The notes under the pieces: model-generated
Seen by the model: the letters and a program-made list of their open reading frames with translations, nothing else
Told to the model about the DNA's origin: nothing
Database searches by the model: none
Translations under genes and position numbers: made by a program
Shown here: positions 43,690 through 64,000 of the stretch, piece by piece
Layout of the letters: each line of letters starts with the position of its first letter
How positions within the stretch are numbered: the first letter of the stretch is position 1
Assembly (NCBI RefSeq): GCF_009914755.1
Contig: NC_060934.1
DNA length: 64,000 nt
DNA from: the human T2T-CHM13v2.0 reference genome, Homo sapiens
Strand: one strand, 5' to 3'

Positions 43690-44154
43690 TCCGAGTTGCC
43701 CGGATGTAGTTGGTGGAGCGGCAGCGGCGGCACCAGCGGCGGCGGCGGCGGCGGGAGGAGGAGGAGGAGAAGAAGGACCAGGCGGCGGCAGCAGCGGCGG
43801 CGGCGGGGGGAGGAGGGGAGGAGGCGGCGGAGCAGGAGGAGGAGAAGGCGGAGGAGGCAGTCGCTCTCCGCGGGGCTGAGCCGGACGCGTCGTCTTGCCC
43901 CCCTCCCCCCGGTTCGCGGTGCCGCCGTGTAGTTGGCGCCGCTGCCCCGGCTGAGAGTGAGCGTGGTGTCGACGGAGGGAGATGGCCCGGGAGCGCCGGC
44001 GCCAGTAACTGGGAGCTGCTGAGAGTCGCCGAGGGCGCGCCGGGCCCAGGTGCCGGGGCTGCCCGCCGCCCGCCGCCGCCGCCGCCTGCGCGCCCGCCCG
44101 CCTTTCGCGGCCGCTCTCCCCCCTCCCCGACACACACTCACAGGCCGGGCATTG
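43690..44154 (+). other. WAC: GC-rich WAC 5'UTR (non-coding part of exon 1) with (GGC)n/(GGA)n runs; TSS approximate
   Basis: Contiguous with the ATG exon inside the CpG island; GGC/GGA runs at 43718-43858. Exact TSS cannot be read from sequence. Confidence 0.65.
43982..44008 (+). other. uORF MARERRRQ* in the WAC 5'UTR
   Basis: gagATGg strong Kozak context; ATG GCC CGG GAG CGC CGG CGC CAG TAA. Confidence 0.6.
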
Positions 44155-44195
44155 ATGGTAATGTATGCGAGGAAACAGCAGAGACTCAGTGATGG
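44155..44195 (+). CDS. WAC: WAC coding exon 1 (MVMYARKQQRLSDG), WW domain-containing adaptor with coiled-coil
   Basis: ATG at 44155 translates to the recognised WAC N-terminus; ends GG|GTAAAT donor (41 nt, phase 2), compatible with exon 2. Confidence 0.96.
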
Positions 44196-44572
44196 GTAAA
44201 TTGTCTTTTCGTTTCGGGCCGGGCGGCGGCGGGGGGCGGCGGCGGGGGGGCTGTTCCTCCTTATCTGGAGCTGGCCGGGCCGCCATTTTTGTTGTTAACC
44301 CTGATCCGGATCGGGTTGGGGAGGAGGAGCGGCCGCGCGGGCGGGCGGGCGGGAACGCAGTGTGGCGGGGAGCGGGGGCCCGGCTTCGCGGCATTTCGCC
44401 CTCTCCGGCCCTTCCGGAGGCTCCGGGTTTGTGCCGTGTGCGTGCGGGGCTCGGCGCTGGGGCGCTCGGTAGGTCTCCCGCGGGGAGGGGCGGCGGGGGC
44501 CCCGTTTTCTTCCTCCCCGGCCCCCCACCCGCGCCGTGTCTTATGTCGCTGCCTTCTCTTCCTGTTTTTCAG

Positions 44573-44609
44573 CTGTCACGACCGGAGGGGGGACTCGCAG
44601 CCTTACCAG
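44573..44609 (+). CDS. WAC: WAC coding exon 2 ((G)CHDRRGDSQPYQ)
   Basis: Polypyrimidine tract cttctcttcctgtttttcAG acceptor and CAG|GTACC donor; 37 nt restores frame (41+37=78). Confidence 0.95.
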
Positions 44610-46136
44610 GTACCAGCCGAGGCCGGGGTGGAGGGATTGGAAGGGGCCGGAGGGGGAAGGGAGGGACTGCTACTCGAGCGCAGGCCTCAGAAGTCGATAC
44701 AGGCCCTTCGGTGCAACACATCTGAAACTAGCACCGCGGATCCCCTTAAAATTCCAGGTTTGGTTCCTTTAACGCTCTCCAGCAAGGTTTAGTGACTTAT
44801 TTTGACAGGTGACTGGAGGGAGTTCGCTGATTTAGGAAAAAAGAATCATTTGCAGCCAGAAAGACCTGACTCGATTATTTGATTATTTGCGAGTGAAGGA
44901 ATCGATGGGATGAGATGATAGGTGACTTACGAGGCTTATTTATTTATTTATTGTGTTGGGGGAACTGAAAAGTTAATGTAAAGGTATTAAAATTAAGTGA
45001 AGAACTTGGGTAAATAGCTAAATGACTTACAACTTTCAAGTCGGTTATAAAGTACTACCCTTTCCCCTTTTAATATTTTTGGTATACTTAATTGCCTTAC
45101 AAGTAAAAGATATGTGTGCTTTTGTTTCTGTAAGAATTGAGGTCTTTGGGTACTTGGATAATCATTCTGATGTAGGTGGTTCTAGGTAGGTGGGTTCCTT
45201 TTTGTTACTGCAGTCATTGTGTGTGAAGTTCTAAGGATTATGATGAAAGTGGCCCCAATTTTCAGGAGGGAAACCTCATAATGATTGTTAACCATCAGAT
45301 GACTGCAGAAAACACTTTCTACATCTTAAAGGACTAGAGAGCAGGTTTCTAACCTGATGGTTGTGTTATACAGCTGAATTTGAAAACACTGTCTTCTGAT
45401 ATGTAAAACATTGGATATGTCAAAAATTAAACTTTACTGAATCTGTCCTCCAAAGCATAGCTGATTACACATTGCAACAGATTAGTACATCATGATTGTC
45501 TTAAGATATGTGTTAGAATAAAGCTAAACGATTATTTTGAGCGCATTATGCTTAGTTAGAAATAGTACTCACATTAGTTTATTTTGGTTAGTATTTTTAT
45601 ACCTTAAAATTGTTTCCCACACCTGGGAGAGTAAGGAAGTTAGGTCTGAAATGCTTTATTTGAATCAAAGAATTGGAGAAACTGGTGTGTGGGTTTTTTT
45701 TTTTTTTTTTGGTAGGTTTGCAAAAATACGCATGTGCTTATTTATACATGTGTTTGTGTATATCAGCTGTAGAGCAGAAATTGATTATAGTAGTACTGAA
45801 TTTCTAGTTTTCTTTTGACTATCAAAAAATGATTCTAAATATTCTCAGCCAAATTTTTTTATTTTTTGCAGAATCAGTGTGCAAGGTGGTTTATAAGATA
45901 ATGGAGTGGGTTTTTTTTGTGTTTAGTGTGATTTGTTATCAGGAGTCTTATTGTAACGCTTAAGCATTAGGTTTTTTGTCTGAGAAACTTTAAAGAGTAA
46001 AGCAGAATTGAAAGTGGAAATTTTAATTTTGTAAGTTCATAAAATTTAATGATAATACACCAAAGTTTATGTTTAAATTAGGGAGTTTAAGGTTTCAATT
46101 CTTTCTCTCTTTTTTTGGGGGGGTGATGTTTTACAG

Positions 46137-46332
46137 GCACTTAAGTATTCATCGAAGAGTCACCCCAGTAGCGGTGATCACAGACATGAAAAGATGCGAG
46201 ACGCCGGAGATCCTTCACCACCAAATAAAATGTTGCGGAGATCTGATAGTCCTGAAAACAAATACAGTGACAGCACAGGTCACAGTAAGGCCAAAAATGT
46301 GCATACTCACAGAGTTAGAGAGAGGGATGGTG
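46137..46332 (+). CDS. WAC: WAC coding exon 3 ([65 protein letters not shown](G)); contains internal Met46
   Basis: ttttacAG acceptor and G|GTGAGT donor; 196 nt open in frame with exons 1-2. No further WAC exon recognised up to 64000. Confidence 0.96.
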
Positions 46333-46536
46333 GTGAGTATCTTTCTTGTTGAAACTTTGACATACAGTTTTAACAATAGCTCTATATAAAAGGCGGCAGT
46401 AGTATTTCTAGCTTGAAGAAGTTACTGTTCAGTTATGTCATTAAAATATTTTAATCCTATCATTTTTTTTTTTACTCTGAACAAGTTACTGTAGAAACAA
46501 GATGCTGATGTGAGCATCTAAAAAGTGGACTCTTAA

Positions 46537-50433
<3,897 letters not shown>

Positions 50434-51975
50434 CATAGTGAAGTTTTTATTTTGTCATTTAGCTATATCTTTGGAAAAATTTGGAAATGTATTTTCATCT
50501 CCCTAACTTTCAAATAAAAGTTACTATTAACATTTTGAAGGAATTAGTAGGGATTATTTGGTGATAATGTCTTTTTTTAATATAATTTAGTAACGTTTGA
50601 GTCTTTCACATTGAATAATAGACTGGCAGTTGAGCAACATGGTCTTACCGTTGTTTAGATGACTTTGAAATATGCTTTGAGTTAGTAATGTTACAAATTA
50701 CTAACATTAGAAATGTTGTATAGAAAGTAAGTATACAAATTAACAGTCGCTTTTGATACTCATGTTAACTTTGGAAGACAACAGATAGTATCCTTATTTC
50801 CAGTTTTACAAATGAGGGAAAATTTAATAAAATTGAACAGAGAGCAACAGCTCAGTCTAGAAACTAGTTCTCTAACTTCGGTAACTTGTATGCTGTCAGA
50901 GATTAAACACTTGGGTATTGAAAGCTTATTTGGTGGTGGTTACTATGGCATGAATTAGTTTGAAGGCATTTTTGCTTTTATCCTGCTAATATCTTCACCC
51001 TTCTTCCCTCAGTGGTTACAACTTGCCAAATTATAGTACCTTGATAAGATGTATTTGTGTAGTTCTAGGCGCAGTTATCACATCAGTGTTTTATTTTCAA
51101 AAATAAGTTTTGACATGGAAGCATGACACAGATTTCACTAGGAAAAGTCCATTTTCTCTTAATCCCTCATATTTAAAGACTTGTTTACGAAGTGGAAACA
51201 TTGCATAGAATATAATACACTAACGTTTGGATTTTAATAATACGTTTGACTGATGTTAAGTATTTTTTGTCTAGTAAAAATAGTGACACATGACCTTTTT
51301 TCATTGATTTATGCTTTGTGATAATACTATGCAGAAATGTTTGCATTGGATTTCCATTGGTCAATTTAGAAAACACAGGAAACATACTCTGTTTCAAGAG
51401 AAGTGGAATAAGATTGAAGGAGTAGCAGTCTTAATGTTTCAACTCTTCATTGTTTTTTTTTTAATTTTAGAAAACAGTGTCTGTGATGTAAGCATCTGTG
51501 CATGTAAATTGTTAAATTTGAACACTAGTACCAAGTCATTTGTCTTACGCTTCTCATAATCACATTTTAACTTTTTATATTTTTAGAGAGATGGTTATTA
51601 TGTATTGTTTATAATTTAATGGTATTTCTATTTTACAATCAGTATTTTGGAATGAGTTCACTTAGATCCTTAGATCCTTAAGACAGTCTTAATTGAACTG
51701 TTTTCTAGTTGTGCAGGAAGTATTTAAAATTTTTGGTGTAACATACTTGGGGTTTTGGTCTGTAATTCACAGAAAATTTATATATTCTAATTTGTGTCTA
51801 TTAAGCATCTGTTACCTTATTCTGTTGTGCAGAATTGTTTGGGGGGTAGTGCATCATTTTGTTATGATGCTGGAAAGAGTGAAGATGGAAATAAGCTGGG
51901 CATTTGGGATGCTATACCAGGCACTAGATATAACTCATTGTCAATTTGATAATTACAAAACCAATTTTTGTGGGG

Positions 51976-52028
<53 letters not shown>

Positions 52029-52901
52029 CAGTCTCACTCTGTACCTAGGCTGGAGTGCAGTGGCACGATCTCGATCTCGCCTCATTGCAACCTCCACCCC
52101 CTGGCAAAATCAGTTATTTGGTTATTTGGGGCTTGCAAATATATTCTATGAACAGTCCTTTTCAGGATTTGTATGATGCTTTATAATTTTCAAAGGGTTT
52201 CTATATTGTTTCTCATCTGACTCCACAGTAGCTCTTTGAAATAGGCTGATCAGTATTATTCCTGTTGTACTGATGAAATTATAAAGTATTTAGCCTACTG
52301 TTGTTGAAACTGGAAAGGAAGTCTCTTCACATAAAATTTTATCTCTGCCTTCAAATTATACTCCAAGTATAACTAATTCTCACTATTTTATCATTTTAGT
52401 TCTGGCTACCACCTTTTCTTAGCTTGAATTCTGCAAGAGCCCCCTAGTGTTCCCGAGTCCATTTTGCTTTGTATGATTGTTTCCCCACACAGTAGCCAGA
52501 GTGATCCAGTTAAAATGCCAGTCACCTCACATCTCTCTCAAGCTCACGGCCCTCCAGTGACTCCCTGTTTCTTAGCAAATCTTATAATAGATCCTGTGTA
52601 ATCTGGTGTCTGGGTATTTTTTCAGCCTCTTCTACTATCTTCCCCTTGTTTGTGCTACTCTCTCCATACTGGCCCTGCAGGCAGAAGTTTGTTCCTGTCT
52701 CAGGGGCTCTGCACATTATGTGCCTTTATGTTTCTCCTACTGTGCTCACTTACTTCAGTAATGTGTCTGCTTAAGTGTCACCCTCTCACAGGGCCTTCTC
52801 TGCCCTTGCTGAACACTCTGAAACAGTCATTCTCATCATTGTCTTTCCTTGCCCCTGCGTGTTCCTTCCTTGTATGAAGGTGACCTGTTATGATTTACTT
52901 A

Positions 52902-53457
52902 TAGTCATTCTGCTATAACATGACATGGGCATTTCTGAAAGTCACGGTGCTGTGCAACATTGCACCAGACCAATTTATGGGGAAAATGGAGTTAGGAGCA
53001 CAGTAACCAAAAACATTGTCAGTGACACATTTTAAAAAGATAGGAACCTAATAAAAATTGTAACTTAGTTTTACACGTATAAAATGGTTAAAGAATAACA
53101 CCGCAATAAATGGCACTTTACCTTGACCAAAACCTGACTTCTTGTGAAAGTGGCCACTCATTGGAAGGGTTGCAGTTCATGAATTACTGTAAAGTGATGG
53201 ATGGAAGATACCTGATACGAGACAAAAACTTGTAACATCAAATGTGGATGGACCTGACTCATAATTCATGATGAACTAAGATAGCTATTAGATGTTTGAG
53301 CTGTGTCTGCCTTGTAAATTCCTGTGCAGCTTGATGTAGCTAGTGTTTCTCACAGGTGAAAATACACATAAGTGGGAAATTTGCTGGTTTCTGATAGATC
53401 AGTAGCCTTCAAACAAATTTGTCTATTTGGAAACAAATGTTATAGCAGAACTGACTG
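52902..53457. mobile_element. TcMar-Tigger-like non-autonomous DNA transposon inserted in an L2 remnant
   Basis: TIRs tagtcattctgctataaca ... tgttatagcagaactgactg, flanked by TA on both sides. Confidence 0.75.
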
Positions 53458-53659
53458 TATTTTAGTTTTTGTTTGCTTGCCTTTTGTGGAATATAAGCTC
53501 CACCAGAAGAGGAAGTGAGAGTTTTAATGTTTTTATCCACCTTGTATTCCTGTTACCTTGAATAGTGCCTGAAACTTTATAGCATTTAACTAAATGGATA
53601 GATAAAAAAAATTTGGATTGTTATAATTTAAGGGGAATGAAATTATAGTATTTTGGATT

Positions 53660-54112
53660 AGCATTCCTCAAACTTGAATGTGTATACTAAGCACCTGGAG
53701 ATACTATAGTCAGTAATTCTGGGGTGGGTCCCAAAGATCTGCCTTTTAACAAGATCTCGGGTGATACCTACACTTCACTAGAGTAACAAGGTTCTATAGC
53801 AGCACCGTCCAGTGGAAATATGTTGGCCACAAATGCAAACCATATGTGTACTTTTCTAGTAGCTTTGCTTAAAAACTAAAAATGATTCAATTTTAGTATA
53901 TTTATTTGACCTAATATATCAAAAATATTTCAACTTGTAATTGATACCTTAAAAACTATAATGACATACTTTACATTCCCTTTTTGGTACAAGATCTTTG
54001 AAACCTAGTGTCTATTTAACATTTACAGCACATTTCAGTTTGGACAAGCCACATTTCATGTGTTTAATTGCCACATGTGAATGATGGTTATTGAATTGGA
54101 CAATGCGGTTCT
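53660..54112. mobile_element. MER5A-like and MER3/MER33-like hAT fossils
   Basis: ctcaaacttgaatgtg...cacctggaga...ctggggtgggtccc; ccacatttcatgtgtttaattgccacatgtg...ttggaca. Confidence 0.6.
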
Positions 54113-54439
54113 GAGGAATGTGATCGCCCTGTTGGCCTGTCTGGCTTTTACATATATTTTTATTTCTCTAAGGAAAGTATTTTGTATGCTTGACTTCTGA
54201 AATGCCATATTTATGCAAAGCAAGATTGGAGTTAATGGGTCCTTGAGCTATATAGTGCTTCTTGTACTAAAATTTTGTTAGTACACGCTCATTGTAGAAA
54301 AATTAGGAAATGCAGAGAAAAGGGGAAAAAGAAAGTCACCTTGTATCTTCTCATTTAAGAGTTAATCACTAGTTTTCATAGAAAACATTCTCATGCCATA
54401 AAATAATTAGTATTCTGTAATCTTTCCAGAATTGGTTTC

Positions 54440-62683
<8,244 letters not shown>

Positions 62684-64000
62684 CTTGTATGTGTATTGTA
62701 ATAATGTTTACTTTTTAAAAATCAATACATTATTTGTTACTTTTCAGTTTTTTTTCCTCTTAGTATTTATTCTTAGGTATATGTGTGGTTTTTGAAAAGC
62801 CATCTTCTGACTTTAAAAAGCACTAATTTTGTGGATGCTGCAGTGATGTATCATTATGGTTTTTCTTCTGCCTAGGCTCAGAATTTATCAGAATCAGGTG
62901 GTTAAAATCAGGCCTGTTGGTCAGAGTGGTAGTTTATATTTTGGTTTGTTAGCGCTGTTTCTTCCTTATGACATTAGATACTACTCCTCTTTCTATTGTA
63001 ATTCTTTCAATATCATTAATGTTGCTGTCAGTGGAGGAATGCAAGGAAGCATATAGAGGGCTTGTGTTTTGTGTAGTTTTACTTTAGAAGACCCTTAATT
63101 GGTTGGCCTTTGGGTTTTTGAGAAAGCATCATGTTAAGGAATTACACCAAATAAAATTTAAAACTGAAAATTTTGAATCATATAGTCAGAACTCTTTGAA
63201 TATTGACTGGATTCTAATGTGTATGAGGAATTTCCTTTTTGGGTTTGGATATTATGTATCATTTAGGATTGTATGCTGGTAGAGAGTATTGTTAACTCGA
63301 TAACAAGAATTAAAATGAGAAAAAAAGAGTATTAGAACAGTCTTGGGATCTGGATGTTGTCGTTTTTATTTTGGTTTTTAGTGTTTTGACAGTGAGCAAA
63401 TCCACTTGGCTGCTTTTTTTTTTTTTTTTTTTTTGTCTTCTTGGGTAAAGAACAAGGTTGAATTTGATAATCTCCAAGGTCCTTTTCAGAATAAATGATT
63501 TGAGACCTGTACAGGAGAGCCTTTCGATTTTTGTACTTTAATTTCTGCTTTCAAATATTTGTTCTGTGTCCTGCCAGCTCATGGTAACTTTCCCTGCCCG
63601 AGGTAGTATTTATGGCTTCATTTGTTTGTGTGGAGACGAATGGAATATTTTCCCCCAATGTTCATTTAATATTTTCATCAGTATATAGAGAAGGATGGAA
63701 CAGGAAAATAGTTATCTCTGGATTTATTAGGTTTAAATTGAGAAACAAGGTTGAAAATTTTCACAACTATTATAAACAAATCTTTTATAGTTTTTGCTGT
63801 ATGTACTGTATGTACTATTTGTTTACAAATAATTTTTGTTTATGTAAAAAGTGATTTACTTTGTAGCCTTGTTAATACAGCTTTCAATTTAGTAAATCTT
63901 AAGCTGCTTGCCAGATACAGTATTCATTTTCTGCTTAAGTCAGGAAATACTCATTTTGACTCTTGAAATAGTAGATACTAAGCATTTTAAACTTAATCCA

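Larger units (their letters stand above)
42830..44780. promoter_or_regulatory. CpG island / bidirectional promoter of WAC and WAC-AS1
   Basis: Very high GC and CpG density. GC box GGGGCGGGG 43261, NRF1-like GCGCACGCGC 43321-43330, palindromic ETS CTTCCGGAAG 43389-43398, CGCG palindrome ACTCGCGAGT 43492-43501, YY1 GCCGCCATTTT 44279-44289. Confidence 0.93.

Noticed and set aside
43435-44394. 319-aa minus-strand ORF and other long overlapping ORFs (42831-44792)
   Set aside because: Low-complexity Pro/Arg/Ala products expected from stop-poor CpG-island sequence; no recognisable domain
46069-46389. 106-aa ORF overlapping WAC exon 3
   Set aside because: Alternative frame of the real exon running through intron sequence; the spliced frame matches WAC

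Overview
Primate (almost certainly human) genomic DNA covering the 5' end of WAC and about 43 kb upstream. A CpG island at ~42830-44780 holds a bidirectional promoter. WAC coding exons 1-3 are on + (44155-44195, 44573-44609, 46137-46332, encoding [38 protein letters not shown]...RERDG), and intron 3 runs to the window end. A divergent antisense lncRNA (WAC-AS1) starts on -. The rest is repeat-dense: ~50 Alus, old L1/L2, MaLR/ERVL/ERV1 LTRs and DNA transposon fossils. The standout is a ~3.07 kb L1-mediated retrocopy of a polyadenylated 3'UTR (31295-34359, - strand, 15-bp TSD) that splits an old L1 ORF1. Its four Alus, in both orientations, all carry a strand-specific excess of A>G changes on the transcript strand. 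This looks like an ADAR-hyperedited RNA frozen into the genome, lying in the path of WAC-AS1. Other points of interest: a permuted inverted duplication with a microhomology junction (14030-14644), a tiny retroposed LTR-terminated transcript (21184-21310), and uORF architecture in the WAC 5'UTR. All alignments and repeat subfamily calls were made by eye; no searches were run.
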